The notes beneath the pieces are model-generated. The model did not search any database. It had not been told where the DNA came from and worked only from the letters and a program-made list of their open reading frames with translations. From an uncultured Chitinophaga sp. (GTDB lineage: Bacteria > Bacteroidota > Bacteroidia > Chitinophagales > LD1): a stretch of DNA of 64,000 nucleotides. Where the stretch lies: the NCBI GenBank assembly GCA_964615305.1, contig CAZTNA010000001.1, positions 382,793 through 446,792 of the forward strand, in the 5' to 3' direction. Below, piece by piece: positions 37,848 to 49,157 of the stretch. Made by a program: the position numbers and the translations under genes. Position 1 is the first letter of the stretch, and the number at the start of each line of letters is the position of its first letter.

Positions 37848-38603
37848 CTAGCCTTTGGTTTCTTCATCCCAGGCTACTAATATACGTCCGCAGTGTTCGC
37901 AAGTAAGTAAACGCTTACGTTGACGTATTTCTACCTGCCGCTGAGGAGGTATTTTTGCATAGCATCCACCGCAGGCATCGCGCAGAACAGCTACCACCGC
38001 CAAGCCGTTTTTATACGCGCCACGTATGCGCTGATAAGATTTAAGCAGTCTTTCTTCTACTTTTTTGGCTTGTTTATCAGAGCTTTTTTGTAACTCTTTT
38101 TCTTCAGCATCTGTTTCTTCAATTATCTTCTCCAGTTCTTTCTTTTTGTTCTTCAGGTTTTTCTCACGCTCTTTAATTACTTTTTGAGTTTCTTCTACGG
38201 CCACACCTTTTGCCGCAATTTTAGCTGTAGCGTCAGCAATCTTTTTTTCTGCTAACTGTATTTCCAGCTTTTGCAATTCAATTTCTTTTGAAAGTGCATC
38301 GTATTCGCGGTTGTTCTTTACGCTGTTTTGCTGCTTTTCGTACCGGGTAATCAACTCCTTAGCCATTGTTTTGGCTGTTTTGCGGTTGTTGATTTCTTCT
38401 TCCAGTTCATGAACCTCACCTTCGCTGTTAGCCAAACGGGTATTCAGCCCTTCAATTTCGTCTTCCAGATCTTTTACTTCTATTGGAAGTTCTCCCTTCA
38501 AAATCTGGATTTTGTCGATTTTAGTATCAATCTGCTGGAGGTCCCAAAGCAGATGCAATTTTTCTTCAACGGTAAGTTCTTTTGCTGCTGATTTTGCTGC
38601 CAT
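37848..38603 (-). CDS. coiled-coil C4 zinc-ribbon protein (COG1579/DUF164-like)
   Basis: 251-aa ORF with a long E/K-rich coiled coil and C-terminal CGGC ... CEHCGR. It lies immediately downstream of the Nif3-like gene. Confidence 0.75.
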   Translation of the reverse strand: MAAKSAAKELTVEEKLHLLWDLQQIDTKIDKIQILKGELPIEVKDLEDEIEGLNTRLANSEGEVHELEEEINNRKTAKTMAKELITRYEKQQNSVKNNREYDALSKEIELQKLEIQLAEKKIADATAKIAAKGVAVEETQKVIKEREKNLKNKKKELEKIIEETDAEEKELQKSSDKQAKKVEERLLKSYQRIRGAYKNGLAVVAVLRDACGGCYAKIPPQRQVEIRQRKRLLTCEHCGRILVAWDEETKG

Positions 38604-38606
38604 GTT

Positions 38607-39701
38607 TTAAATGTATTTAATCGGATTGGTGTTAACCCTTGAAATAAGGGCGGCAATTATAGGAAAATTTTCCAAAAGCCGTTGTTGAATCAATTCTTTG
38701 GTAAATTGCTCACTTTCGTAGTGCCCCACATCGGCTACCACTATCTTTTGATCGGCATCAAAAAAATCGTGGTATTTAAAGTCAGCAGTTACAAATACAT
38801 CGGCTTCTTGAGCTATGGCATGGGGCAGCAGAAACCTGCCGGCTCCCCCGCATACTGCCACTCTTTTTACCGGTTTGCCTAGTAGTTGGGTGTGCCGCAC
38901 TACATCGGTTTTAAGATTTTTTTTCAATGATTTTAAGAACACAGACTCGGCTATGGAGGGGGTCAGGTTACCTACCATACCGCTTCCTACATGTTGAAAA
39001 GTGTTATCGAGAGCAACTATATCAAAGGCTACTTCTTCGTAAGGGTGTGATGCCAGCAGGGCTGCTATTACTTTTTGTTCTGCCACAGCCGGAAAAATAG
39101 TTTCGAACCTAATTTCTTCGGCTTTTTCAAGCACCCCTTTTTTGCCCACTACCGGGTTCGACTTTTCGTTGCCCCTGAAGGTTCCGGTGCCCGGTACACT
39201 AAAACCGGTTTCACTGTAGTTGCCAATGTGCCCGGCACCGGCATCAAACACGGCTTTTGAAACCCGTTGAAAATCGGCTACAGGTATAAACGTGTACAGC
39301 TTTTTGAGTAGTTGTTTTTTGGGTAGCAAAATTTCGCAATCGGTTAAGCCCAGCCGTTCGCATATTTTGGCGTTAACACCATGAAACACATTATCTAAAT
39401 TGGTATGAATGGCATAGATGCCGATATTGTTTTTTATAGCTTTAATAACTGTGCGCTCTACATAGTTTTTTCCGTTCAGCTTTTTTAATCCGCCAAATAC
39501 TATGGGGTGGTGAGCCACCACCAGTTGGCATTTTTCACGTATGGCTTCGTCTATCACCTCCTCGGTAGCATCTAAAGTAATCAGCACTTTTTTTACCGTT
39601 GAATGAACATCGCCCACTATCAAACCACAGTTATCATACGATTCCTGATAAGCTAAAGGAGCCAGTGTTTCTAAGTAGGAGGTAAGGTCTTTTATTTTCA
39701 T
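38607..39701 (-). CDS. Nif3-like dinuclear metal center protein (GTP cyclohydrolase I type 2 homolog)
   Basis: 364-aa ORF with VVAHHPIVF and IHTNLD plus an inserted middle domain, typical of long Nif3 forms. Confidence 0.88.
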   Translation of the reverse strand: MKIKDLTSYLETLAPLAYQESYDNCGLIVGDVHSTVKKVLITLDATEEVIDEAIREKCQLVVAHHPIVFGGLKKLNGKNYVERTVIKAIKNNIGIYAIHTNLDNVFHGVNAKICERLGLTDCEILLPKKQLLKKLYTFIPVADFQRVSKAVFDAGAGHIGNYSETGFSVPGTGTFRGNEKSNPVVGKKGVLEKAEEIRFETIFPAVAEQKVIAALLASHPYEEVAFDIVALDNTFQHVGSGMVGNLTPSIAESVFLKSLKKNLKTDVVRHTQLLGKPVKRVAVCGGAGRFLLPHAIAQEADVFVTADFKYHDFFDADQKIVVADVGHYESEQFTKELIQQRLLENFPIIAALISRVNTNPIKYI

Positions 39702-39712
39702 AAATAGAATTT

Positions 39713-40825
39713 GTGATTCAAAGAAATAATTTTGGCAGAAACAGAAGCGTTATCAATTTACTCTCTAAAATTTTTCTTTACCCTTTATCGCTGTTGTATG
39801 GTGCCGGTGTTTGGCTGCGCAATTACCTGTATGATAAAAAAGTCTTTAAGTCAGTCCGTTTCGACTTTCCGGTAATAAGCATTGGAAATCTGTCAGCCGG
39901 GGGCACAGGTAAAACACCACATATAGAGTATCTGCTTCGCCATTTGCAGTACACATATAAAGTAGCTACACTCAGCCGTGGTTACGGCAGAGCATCGCAC
40001 GGGTTTTTGTTAGCATCTTCTACAACCTCTGCTTTACAAATAGGCGATGAGCCAAGGCAGTTTAAGAAGAAGTTTCCGGAGGTGGCAGTGGCTGTGGGCG
40101 AAGACCGCGTACTGGCACTTCCAAGAATTTTGCACGAACAGCCCGATACGGAAGTAATACTTTTAGATGATGCGTTTCAGCACCGTGCTATTAGGGCGGG
40201 GCTTTGTGTACTGCTTACAGAGCATGATAATTTATTTACCCGCGATGAACTACTGCCCGCAGGTTGGCTGCGCGAACATAAACACAACTATCACCGTGCC
40301 GACATAATAGTTGTAACCAAGTGCCCTGAATCATTAAGTAAGTCGGAGCAACAAAATATACTGGCTGAACTGAAACCATTCGCATACCAGAAAGTTTATT
40401 TCAGCCGAATAACTTATTCGCCTCTGTATTCTTTTTACAATCCGAATTTTAGAATTGAGTTAGATAAGAGTACCGATGTATTGCTGGTGTGCGGTATTGC
40501 CCGAAATAAAGCGTTGAAAACATACCTTGAGTCTAGAGTGCAAAACCTGTATGTGCGCGAGTATAAAGATCACCACCGGTTCGACCTGTTTGATTTAGAT
40601 GCCATACGCGAAACATTCAAAAACCTGGGCAACTCAAAAAAGATTATTGTTACCACCGAAAAGGATGCTGCACGATTAGAAGAGTTCACTGAGTGGCTGG
40701 TGCTGAATAAGCTTGATTTGTTTGTTCTGCCTATTGCCGTTGAATTCTTAGATAATGATGCGGACATGTTTAACGCGGATATGGTGCAGTACATCGAGCA
40801 TATAAAATCAAAATTATCACAGTAG
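39713..40825 (+). CDS. lpxK: tetraacyldisaccharide 4'-kinase
   Basis: 370-aa ORF (GTG start) with the P-loop GNLSAGGTGKTP and DDAFQH. Confidence 0.9.
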   Translation: MIQRNNFGRNRSVINLLSKIFLYPLSLLYGAGVWLRNYLYDKKVFKSVRFDFPVISIGNLSAGGTGKTPHIEYLLRHLQYTYKVATLSRGYGRASHGFLLASSTTSALQIGDEPRQFKKKFPEVAVAVGEDRVLALPRILHEQPDTEVILLDDAFQHRAIRAGLCVLLTEHDNLFTRDELLPAGWLREHKHNYHRADIIVVTKCPESLSKSEQQNILAELKPFAYQKVYFSRITYSPLYSFYNPNFRIELDKSTDVLLVCGIARNKALKTYLESRVQNLYVREYKDHHRFDLFDLDAIRETFKNLGNSKKIIVTTEKDAARLEEFTEWLVLNKLDLFVLPIAVEFLDNDADMFNADMVQYIEHIKSKLSQ

Positions 40826-40827
40826 TT

Positions 40828-41652
40828 ATGAAGAGCTTATTAGATAAAATTGAAGAGACAAAAGTATTTCTGAGTTCAAAAGTCAATAACAATTATCCGT
40901 TCGGAATAATATTAGGATCCGGCCTTGGCAATCTGACTAATGAAATATCGGAACATGTAAAAATTCCTTATTCAGAAATCCCGAATTTTCCTGTATCAAC
41001 GGTTCAGGGCCATAGCGGTAGTTTAATTTTTGGCGAATTAGGCGGCAAGAACATTGTTGCCATGAGTGGGCGTTTTCATTATTATGAGGGCTACAGTATG
41101 CAGGAAGTAACATTTCCTGTTCGGGTAATGAAAGCTTTAGGGGTGCATACGCTGCTGGTATCAAATGCCTCCGGTGGTATGAATCCGGCATTTGAAGTTG
41201 GCGATTTAATGATTTTAACCGACCATATTTATCTGCAACCGGAGCATCCACTACGAGGAAAGAACTACGAAGAACTTGGCCCTCGTTTTCCGAACATGAA
41301 TAACGCTTACAACCCTATGTTAGTTAAAAAGGCATTAGCCATAGCTGTGGAGAATGACATTACATGCCATACGGGTATTTATGTAGGTGTGCAAGGCCCA
41401 ACTTTTGAAACACCTGCCGAATACAAAATGTTTCATATAATAGGTGGCGATGTGGTAGGTATGAGCACTACCCCCGAAGTTGTTGTGGCCAGGCATGGCG
41501 GCATGGAGGTGTTTGCCATTTCTGTGGTCAGCGATATGGGTTACCCTCCCGAAAAAGCCGATAAAGTAACTCACGACTTTGTTTTGAAAAAAGCTGCTGA
41601 AGCTGAACCTAAAATGACCAAGATAATTGTGGAATTACTAAGGCAGATTTAA
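40828..41652 (+). CDS. purine nucleoside phosphorylase (trimeric PNP family)
   Basis: 274-aa ORF with GRFHYYEGY and VGMSTTPEV. Confidence 0.9.
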   Translation: MKSLLDKIEETKVFLSSKVNNNYPFGIILGSGLGNLTNEISEHVKIPYSEIPNFPVSTVQGHSGSLIFGELGGKNIVAMSGRFHYYEGYSMQEVTFPVRVMKALGVHTLLVSNASGGMNPAFEVGDLMILTDHIYLQPEHPLRGKNYEELGPRFPNMNNAYNPMLVKKALAIAVENDITCHTGIYVGVQGPTFETPAEYKMFHIIGGDVVGMSTTPEVVVARHGGMEVFAISVVSDMGYPPEKADKVTHDFVLKKAAEAEPKMTKIIVELLRQI

Positions 41653-41656
41653 CCGG

Positions 41657-42340
41657 CTATGACAATAGCAAGTTTACCAGATAATCTACACCTACTGTTG
41701 CTTTCTCGTTGATGAATTTGAGGTTCGGAATACGAGGCAGTGACAAATCGTTTGGATCTATTAGCCATTTGTTGGCTTCGTATTTGGTGTAGTGCAACAA
41801 CCCTGCAGCCGGATATACGACTAAAGAAGTGCCCACTACTATTAATATATCAGCATGGCTTACCACTTGCGCTGCGCGTTCTATTTCCGGAACTGCTTCG
41901 CCAAACCAAACTATATGCGGACGAAGTTGCGAGCCTTGTTCACATTTATCGGCCGGGGTCAAATCTTTGTGCCATTCGTAAACTAAATTTTCATCGGCAG
42001 TGCTTCGAACCTTCAGTAGTTCTCCATGCAAATGAATAATACATGAGGAGCCGCCTCGTTCGTGCAGGTTATCTACATTTTGTGTAACCACAGTTACATC
42101 ATACTTCTGCTCCAATTCTGCTAGTGCTTTGTGTGCCCGGTTAGGCTCACATTCCAGCATTTGTTTTCTGCGTTGGTTGTAAAAATCAAGAACTAATTTT
42201 TGGTTACGTGCCCACCCTTCCGGTGAAGCTACGTCTTCAATGCGGTGTTCTTCCCACAAACCTCCTGAGTCGCGAAAGGTTTTAATACCGCTTTCAGCGC
42301 TTATTCCTGCCCCGGTAAGTACTACAATCCTCTTTCTCAT
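41657..42340 (-). CDS. cobB: NAD-dependent protein deacylase (Sir2 family)
   Basis: 227-aa ORF with GAGISAESGIKTFRD, QNVDNLHERGG and VVGTS. Confidence 0.88.
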   Translation of the reverse strand: MRKRIVVLTGAGISAESGIKTFRDSGGLWEEHRIEDVASPEGWARNQKLVLDFYNQRRKQMLECEPNRAHKALAELEQKYDVTVVTQNVDNLHERGGSSCIIHLHGELLKVRSTADENLVYEWHKDLTPADKCEQGSQLRPHIVWFGEAVPEIERAAQVVSHADILIVVGTSLVVYPAAGLLHYTKYEANKWLIDPNDLSLPRIPNLKFINEKATVGVDYLVNLLLS

Positions 42341-43107
42341 ACTACACGTTTTATCAGCTTTAACTGGTGCGAGTATTTTTTTGTATCAGTATTGTAAATG
42401 CCAAAATGGTCGAGTTTGTCAATTCTAACTTTTCCGCTGGCGTGTATAATACGTTGATCTTTCAGCACCATGCCCACATGTATAATTTTACCTTCGGTGT
42501 TGCCAAAGAAAGCAAGATCTCCCGGTTGGGCTTCTTCAATAAAGTTTAATACAGTGCCTTGCTCTGCCTGCTGATAAGCATCGCGTTTAAGCTCAATTTT
42601 GGCAAAACGGAAAACCACCTGCATAAAACCTGAGCAATCTATACCAAGTGGCGAACGCCCACCCCATAAGTATGGTGAGTTAAGGTAACGCATAGCCACC
42701 CGCTCAAGAAGAGAAATGTTTTTGCTTTCATGTTGTACCGACTGACCGTGATAGATAAACTTCTCTTTACCTATTTTTAAGTTCATGCCATCGAAAAAGG
42801 GCAATACACTACCAATGGCAACCGGTATGGATTGGTGGCTATTGCTAACACTTCCAATTAAATCAAGGGAAAGGCCACTATCATCATCAATAATTGCGGA
42901 AAAATCTTTTTGTGAAATTTCGTGGTATTGATTTTCGTCTATCCACCCTTCATAGTTATCATGCGCACAACGTACCTTCAGCCAGTTGTTTTGTTGTAAG
43001 ATTACTTCGTAGCAGTCACCAAACAGCAGTTGAGAAACCATCTCGCTGCGGTGGCTACCCTCATTTCGTAGAGGAATGCTGCTCAGTAAAGCAATGCCAT
43101 AAATCAT
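42337..43107 (-). CDS. NlpC/P60 (C40) peptidase with SH3-like N-terminal region
   Basis: 256-aa ORF with the catalytic Cys context GIDCSGFMQVVF and His context IIHVGMV. It overlaps the downstream sirtuin gene by 4 nt. Confidence 0.85.
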   Translation of the reverse strand: MIYGIALLSSIPLRNEGSHRSEMVSQLLFGDCYEVILQQNNWLKVRCAHDNYEGWIDENQYHEISQKDFSAIIDDDSGLSLDLIGSVSNSHQSIPVAIGSVLPFFDGMNLKIGKEKFIYHGQSVQHESKNISLLERVAMRYLNSPYLWGGRSPLGIDCSGFMQVVFRFAKIELKRDAYQQAEQGTVLNFIEEAQPGDLAFFGNTEGKIIHVGMVLKDQRIIHASGKVRIDKLDHFGIYNTDTKKYSHQLKLIKRVV

Positions 43108-43340
43108 ATCACTAAACTAGTTATGAATAGCATATTGGTCTTGTCTTATTGTGAATTTATCTCTACACATTTTTTGTGGATTCCATTATTTGCCTCAAAT
43201 ATTATGTTTGTATAAATGCAAAAAGAATGATGGTATTGCAACGAAGCCTCAGTTTTTTATGTCTAAACTTTTATAGTAGTAGTAAATTGATATTTTCATT
43301 TTAGTTAACTTAAGCATATCCCCTAAAACATAGTTCCTTG

Positions 43341-46300
43341 ATGAAATTTTTACGTGTTGCGTTCTTGGCCTTTCTTCTGGCGCCAGTTTGTAATTTGTAT
43401 AGCCAGATTACTTGTGATTTTAGTTTAGCTGACTCATCGGGCTGCGCTCCGTTTATCATACTAGCAACGGCATCAGAAACTAGTTCAGCGCCTGTGGTGG
43501 CTCGTCAGTGGACAGTAACAGGTCCGGGTCCGGCAAACTGCAACTTTACCTCACCTAATGGGCTGAATCCTACACTATCATTTGCGGCTTCATGTGCAGG
43601 AAACTACTGCGTTAGACTCTGGAGCAGAAATGCCAATGGTGACACATGCAGTATTACTAAGTGTGTGATTGTGGTTTCAGCTAAACCAACCGTCAATTTT
43701 AGTTTCACCCCCGCACTTTTAGAAGGCTGCCAACCCTTTTGTTTTACCTACAATAATAATTCTACACCAGGTTCCGGTGTTATTTCATCAGTTGAAGTTG
43801 ATGAGGGTTGCGGAACTGCCAGCTACTTTCCTCCTTCTACTTTCCCTCACACAAAGTGCTACTTGGCATGCCCTGCCGGTTGTGTGGATATTGGTGTTAC
43901 CGTGTTTAACAGTCTAGGATGTTTCGAGGATACCGTGTACAACTGTGCAGTAAATATTATTCAACCTCCTACGGCATTTTTTGTAGCAGACACGGCCGTG
44001 GCTAACTGCGCTACCGGCCCTCTCACCGTAAATTTTATAGCCAATGCCAACAGCAACCCTTCGTTTCAGTATAATTGGTACATAGACGGAGTGCACGCTG
44101 CTACCGATACAGGAGTAACTTATACGCATACATTCCCTATCAATAATCAGAGCTGCTACGATGTTACGCTGGTTGTTATACACCCTTCGGGCTGCTCCGA
44201 TACTTTTACCCGTGATGATTTTATTTGTGTACGAACCATTCCTCAAATTTCGTACACGCAAACTCTCAGCACAATTTGTGTAAACAGTCAAGAGCCCGCA
44301 ACCGTTGTATTCACGAATACCACCCCCGGATTAACCGATTTGCGATGGACACTAACCCCCGGAAGTTTTCCGGTTACTACTGCTCCAACAGCAAGCTATA
44401 CCATTAATACACCTGGTACCTATACTATGAGTGCGTTTGGTTCATTTGGACCCGGATGCTCTAACACAAACACCCAACAGGTAATAGTGGCTTCACAAAA
44501 ACCGGTTGCCAGTTTTACTGCATCTGATAGCTTTAGTTGTAAGATTCCGGTTACAGTAACTTATAACGCAGCTACATGTGCGGGTTGTACTTATGCTTGG
44601 AGTTTTCCGGGGGGCACACCTAATACGGGACCTAACTCAAATGTTGCCAGCACCACTTATTCAAGTTTTGGAGATCGTTCGGTTCAGTTGATTGTAACCG
44701 GGTCAGGAGGTACTTGTAGCGATACCCTTTACAAGAATAATTACATTCAGGTTAGAAAGCTTAATCCAAAAATGGGCTTCGATAAATCAAAGGCATGCGC
44801 CCCTTTTTGTGTAACTTTTGATGACATTACCAACTACACCGTTATACCACCTTCAAACCCTATTGCATCGGTCTGTTGGAGTTTTCCGAACAGTGTTATT
44901 CCGGGTGGCTGTCAGGATACAATTAAACGTTGCTTTACAGTGCCTGGGTGTTATGATGTAAGGTTAAAAATTACCACTACTACCGGTTGTGTAGATAGCG
45001 TAACCTTGAATGATACAATCTGTGCTGGTACACCTCCTGTTTGCTCGGTTACTGCATCCCCTACAACTATGTGTTTCGAAGCCGACACCGTAGAGTTTTC
45101 AGTTTCCTGCGACAGTTTCGATTTTGTAAAAGTAATATGGGGAGATGGTACGGGTGATCAAATTTTTTATTCACCTGATTTCGAACACATTTATCAGGAT
45201 ACCGGATTAATGATTACTCAGATAATTACCTTTCGGGACAGCTGTATTGGCGATACACTTTTGCAGCCAATTACTGTTTACCCACCTATTGCTGATTTTG
45301 AAGACTCATCGGGTTGTTTGACCGGTGATACAGTCTTTTTTATTAATCAGTCAAAGGGTGCAACAAGTTTTGTTTGGAATTTTTTGTGTGATGGTACTAC
45401 GAGTACAGCAACCAACCCATGGAAAGTTTTCCCTCCTTGCGATACATGCACTATCGTACTTACAGCGTTTAATAGCTCATCCGGATGCCAGCATGAAAAA
45501 GAAATAAGTATAAATACATCCTGTCAGGGAGTTAGTTTCAGCCCGGCAGATACAGCATTTTGTGCAGGGGCAACGGTGCAGTATTGCAATACTTCATCAT
45601 CGCAAGACCCAACCTTTACTCGGTGGGATTTTAACTGCGTTGGTGGCTTTATTCCGGTTGGTGGTGCTGCCACCTGTGTTCCATGGTTTTTTTCAACGCC
45701 TGGTGTTTTTACAGTGGGAATGCGTAACAGAGACTCGCAAGGTTGTATTGATACCGTATTTGGAACAGCAAGAGTTTGTAAAGTTGATGCAGATTTTACA
45801 ACCAATAATGTTTGCTTCCCTGAGCCTTATTGTTTTTTTGACGCCTCTATTGATACCAACTGTGGTGTTACACAATGGGTATGGAATTTTGGCGATGGTA
45901 CACCTGCAGACAGCACACAGAACCCGTGCCATGCTTATGCCGCACCGGGCTCGTATCAGGTAACTCTTGTAGCAAAGAATGATTATAACTGCCAAAGTAC
46001 AATTACCAAATCTATCATCGTATCAGCTCCGGTTAACTTATCGTATTCTGTAGATACCATTATGTGCCCGGGGTCAACCCAATGTATTGTCAATAACTCA
46101 ACGGGCCCAGCCTTACAATTCGATTGGGATATACCTAACGCAAACTTTATCAACGGAACCGATTCAAGTTCATTCTTTCCTTGCTTTTCTGTTACTATTC
46201 CGGGAGATTATTTGGCATACGTAAATATCACATCTAACTCTTTATGTACTGTTGTTGATTCATTTCCTATGAGAATAGGATACCCGGTAGCTCAGGGAAC

Positions 46301-49154
46301 TGTGGATGTAGATACAATAAATTGTCCCGAGCCTCCACAACTTTTAAATTTTGTGAGCACCTCGCTTTATGCCGATGGGGGTGTAACATGGGATTTTGGA
46401 GATAACTCCGGCTCAGCACTACCAACAGCCATAAACACATACAGTGCTCCAGGTACGTATTACGTTTCATTAATAGCTCGATCTAATGACGGGTGTTCGG
46501 ACACGTCTGCCATAGACACCATTTTAGTCCGTGGACCATACGGTGATTTTACATTCGCTCCTCTTCCGGGTATTTGTGCCTGTAAGGATACGGTAGATTT
46601 TACAGTGAGTACTTACAATGCCAGTAAGTTTACACTCATATACGGTTGTAATGCAGGTTTTGAAGTGGTAGATCCTATTACACCTATTGGAACTTTAGCA
46701 AACCCAACAATAAACACCGTACGAGTTCCTTTCTGTATTACCTGCAATGCCAACCCCCAGCTAATTTTTGCCGATGTTACAGGTTGCGAGGTGTTACGTG
46801 AAAAATCGACACCACTCTTAGTTGATTCACCGGTAGTTAACTTTACCTTCAATAACTATGGAGTATGTGTAAACGGCACAGTTTGTTTTCAGGATGCTAC
46901 TACGTACACTCTACCCGACTCTCAGTCCTATACCATACATAGGGAATGGACATTTGGAGATGGTTCCGGTGTTGTTGATACCACCGCTAACCCTTGCCAT
47001 TACTATTCACAGCCCGGTGGTTACCAAACCATTTTAAGAATTTGGAGTAATCTAGGTTGTGTAGATTCTATTACCAGTGTAGTGGTAGTGGTGCCTGAGT
47101 TTCCAATAGCTGCCTATACCCAAGACGATACATTAGTTTGTGCTAACTCACCAACATGTTTTCATGACAGCAGTTGGATTTATCCATTAACATCGGCCGA
47201 TTACTGGGTTTGGGATTTTGGTGATGGGGAAATAGATACAACAAACACACCCGATATTTGCCACAGTTATAGCGCAGGTGGACTTTATAGGGTTACTATG
47301 TGCGTATATGACAGTGTCGGCTGCCCTGATTGCGATTCAAGCAAAGTAATACGAGTGGTAGATAACCCCATAGCTGATGCAGGCGGTGACCAATTTGTCT
47401 GTTATGGCTATCCTACACAGCTACAAGGATCAGGAAGCACAAATTGCTTATGGAGTCCATCAGGTTTAGTTTCTGACCCTAATATATGTAACCCCACTAT
47501 AAATATTACCGTTGACACAACACTGGTTCTTATTGTAAGCGATACTTACGGCTGCAGCGATACTGACACTGTTGCACTCTCAACAGCCCAAGTTTTTGCC
47601 GGTTTTAGTGTAGGAAGCAGTTTCTGTACTGAAAATAATGTTTGCATTACAGATCAAACCACAAACAACAATGGAACACTTACTTCGTGGATCTACGACT
47701 ATGGCGATGCAACACCGCCAATATCTGGTTCGAACCCGAATCCATGTAGATTTTATACCACTTCCGGAGTCTTTACAATTTTACAAACAGTAACTGATGA
47801 CAATGGTTGCTTCGATACTGCCTCTCATTCGGTGTTGATACATGCCAGCCCTACAGCCGCGTTTAGTTTAAATGATACGGTGATTTGTGCTTCAGAACCT
47901 ATTTGTATCACCGACTTATCAACCGGTTCTGCTTCGCCAATAAGCAATTGGCAATGGAGCTACGGCCCTAATCAAGGAAGTTCCACCTCTTCAACACCGG
48001 GGTGCCATTTCTTTACTCCGCCATACAATTCTAACTACAGTGTAGAACTGGAAATTACCGACCAAAATGGGTGTCACGATTCCACTCAGGTTCTCGTTAC
48101 AATCAACGAAAACCCGGTGGCTAATTTCAGTTGGAGTACATCATGTGAAGACGAGGTAATGCCATTGGCCAGTACCAGTACACCTGGTGATGCAATCATA
48201 AGTGCTTGTGAATGGTTGATTTGGGTTGGAGCACCAGTTCCAACTATTGACACAAACTGCAACACTACATTTGATTTTGACCCCGGCTACCACGATGTGC
48301 AGTTAGTGGTTGCTGACCTGAATGGTTGTACTGACACGGTGGTTAAGACAGTGTTTACCGATTCGCTTTCACAGTTAGTAATTTACCCGGGAGACACTAC
48401 CATGTGCTTAGGCACTTCGCTCGACTACACTGTAGATGGTGTTTTCGATAATATAACTTGGACACCGAATGTTTGGATTAGCGACCCTAATTCACCGAGC
48501 GTAACTGTTAACCCGTTAGCTTCAATAACGTATGTGGTAACTGCTGTTAATGGAGTTTGTAGCTCTGCAAGTGATACGTTCACTGTTCGCGTAATTCAAC
48601 CAATTCCTATTGAGGTAGATGCTACCCCCGACCAAATCGTTTTAGGATTGAGTTCAAACCTTACATCTCAATACCCGGGTCAAATTGATAGTATTATTTG
48701 GACACCAAGCGAAACGCTCGACTGTAGCAATTGTCCGAATCCAATAGCTATACCTAGTGCTACTACTACATATACTGCCACAATTTACTATGGCATGGAC
48801 GGCATCGTTTGCCAAAATAGCGCGTCAGTTACTATCGAAGTGCTAAACAACTGCAATGGCAGCATAATATTTGTGCCCAATACATTTACCCCCAATGGTG
48901 ATGGATTAAACGATGTATTTATGATACGTGGAATGGCTGCTACTCGAATTAATTATTTCCGGGTGTTTGACCGGTGGGGTAAGTTAGTGTTTGAAACAAC
49001 TAACGGTGAGCCAAATGAGCCGCGCTGGGGTTGGGATGGAAACGATAGAAACGGAGAGAAACTAAATCCGGCAGTATTCGTTTATACATACGAAATCGAG
49101 TGTATAAACAATGAAACTGTATCTGGAAGTGGCAACATTACTTTAGTAAGATAA
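43341..49154 (+). CDS. giant Cys-rich PKD-repeat surface protein with T9SS type B (gliding-associated) C-terminal sorting domain
   Basis: Start at ATG 43341 (the track uses TTG 43338), with a signal peptide. At least ~15 tandem PKD-like repeats follow the pattern W.FGDG ... NPCH.Y ... G.Y.V.L ... GC.DT. The C-terminus reads FVPNTFTPNGDGLNDVFMIRG ... YTYEI. Confidence 0.9.
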   Translation: MKFLRVAFLAFLLAPVCNLYSQITCDFSLADSSGCAPFIILATASETSSAPVVARQWTVTGPGPANCNFTSPNGLNPTLSFAASCAGNYCVRLWSRNANGDTCSITKCVIVVSAKPTVNFSFTPALLEGCQPFCFTYNNNSTPGSGVISSVEVDEGCGTASYFPPSTFPHTKCYLACPAGCVDIGVTVFNSLGCFEDTVYNCAVNIIQPPTAFFVADTAVANCATGPLTVNFIANANSNPSFQYNWYIDGVHAATDTGVTYTHTFPINNQSCYDVTLVVIHPSGCSDTFTRDDFICVRTIPQISYTQTLSTICVNSQEPATVVFTNTTPGLTDLRWTLTPGSFPVTTAPTASYTINTPGTYTMSAFGSFGPGCSNTNTQQVIVASQKPVASFTASDSFSCKIPVTVTYNAATCAGCTYAWSFPGGTPNTGPNSNVASTTYSSFGDRSVQLIVTGSGGTCSDTLYKNNYIQVRKLNPKMGFDKSKACAPFCVTFDDITNYTVIPPSNPIASVCWSFPNSVIPGGCQDTIKRCFTVPGCYDVRLKITTTTGCVDSVTLNDTICAGTPPVCSVTASPTTMCFEADTVEFSVSCDSFDFVKVIWGDGTGDQIFYSPDFEHIYQDTGLMITQIITFRDSCIGDTLLQPITVYPPIADFEDSSGCLTGDTVFFINQSKGATSFVWNFLCDGTTSTATNPWKVFPPCDTCTIVLTAFNSSSGCQHEKEISINTSCQGVSFSPADTAFCAGATVQYCNTSSSQDPTFTRWDFNCVGGFIPVGGAATCVPWFFSTPGVFTVGMRNRDSQGCIDTVFGTARVCKVDADFTTNNVCFPEPYCFFDASIDTNCGVTQWVWNFGDGTPADSTQNPCHAYAAPGSYQVTLVAKNDYNCQSTITKSIIVSAPVNLSYSVDTIMCPGSTQCIVNNSTGPALQFDWDIPNANFINGTDSSSFFPCFSVTIPGDYLAYVNITSNSLCTVVDSFPMRIGYPVAQGTVDVDTINCPEPPQLLNFVSTSLYADGGVTWDFGDNSGSALPTAINTYSAPGTYYVSLIARSNDGCSDTSAIDTILVRGPYGDFTFAPLPGICACKDTVDFTVSTYNASKFTLIYGCNAGFEVVDPITPIGTLANPTINTVRVPFCITCNANPQLIFADVTGCEVLREKSTPLLVDSPVVNFTFNNYGVCVNGTVCFQDATTYTLPDSQSYTIHREWTFGDGSGVVDTTANPCHYYSQPGGYQTILRIWSNLGCVDSITSVVVVVPEFPIAAYTQDDTLVCANSPTCFHDSSWIYPLTSADYWVWDFGDGEIDTTNTPDICHSYSAGGLYRVTMCVYDSVGCPDCDSSKVIRVVDNPIADAGGDQFVCYGYPTQLQGSGSTNCLWSPSGLVSDPNICNPTINITVDTTLVLIVSDTYGCSDTDTVALSTAQVFAGFSVGSSFCTENNVCITDQTTNNNGTLTSWIYDYGDATPPISGSNPNPCRFYTTSGVFTILQTVTDDNGCFDTASHSVLIHASPTAAFSLNDTVICASEPICITDLSTGSASPISNWQWSYGPNQGSSTSSTPGCHFFTPPYNSNYSVELEITDQNGCHDSTQVLVTINENPVANFSWSTSCEDEVMPLASTSTPGDAIISACEWLIWVGAPVPTIDTNCNTTFDFDPGYHDVQLVVADLNGCTDTVVKTVFTDSLSQLVIYPGDTTMCLGTSLDYTVDGVFDNITWTPNVWISDPNSPSVTVNPLASITYVVTAVNGVCSSASDTFTVRVIQPIPIEVDATPDQIVLGLSSNLTSQYPGQIDSIIWTPSETLDCSNCPNPIAIPSATTTYTATIYYGMDGIVCQNSASVTIEVLNNCNGSIIFVPNTFTPNGDGLNDVFMIRGMAATRINYFRVFDRWGKLVFETTNGEPNEPRWGWDGNDRNGEKLNPAVFVYTYEIECINNETVSGSGNITLVR

Positions 49155-49157
49155 AAG

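Noticed and set aside
41657-42340. The Sir2-family gene as an antiphage (Thoeris/DSR-like) effector
   Set aside because: It is a compact 227-aa CobB-type deacylase with canonical sirtuin motifs. It has no fused sensor, TM or SLOG domains and no defence-type partners.
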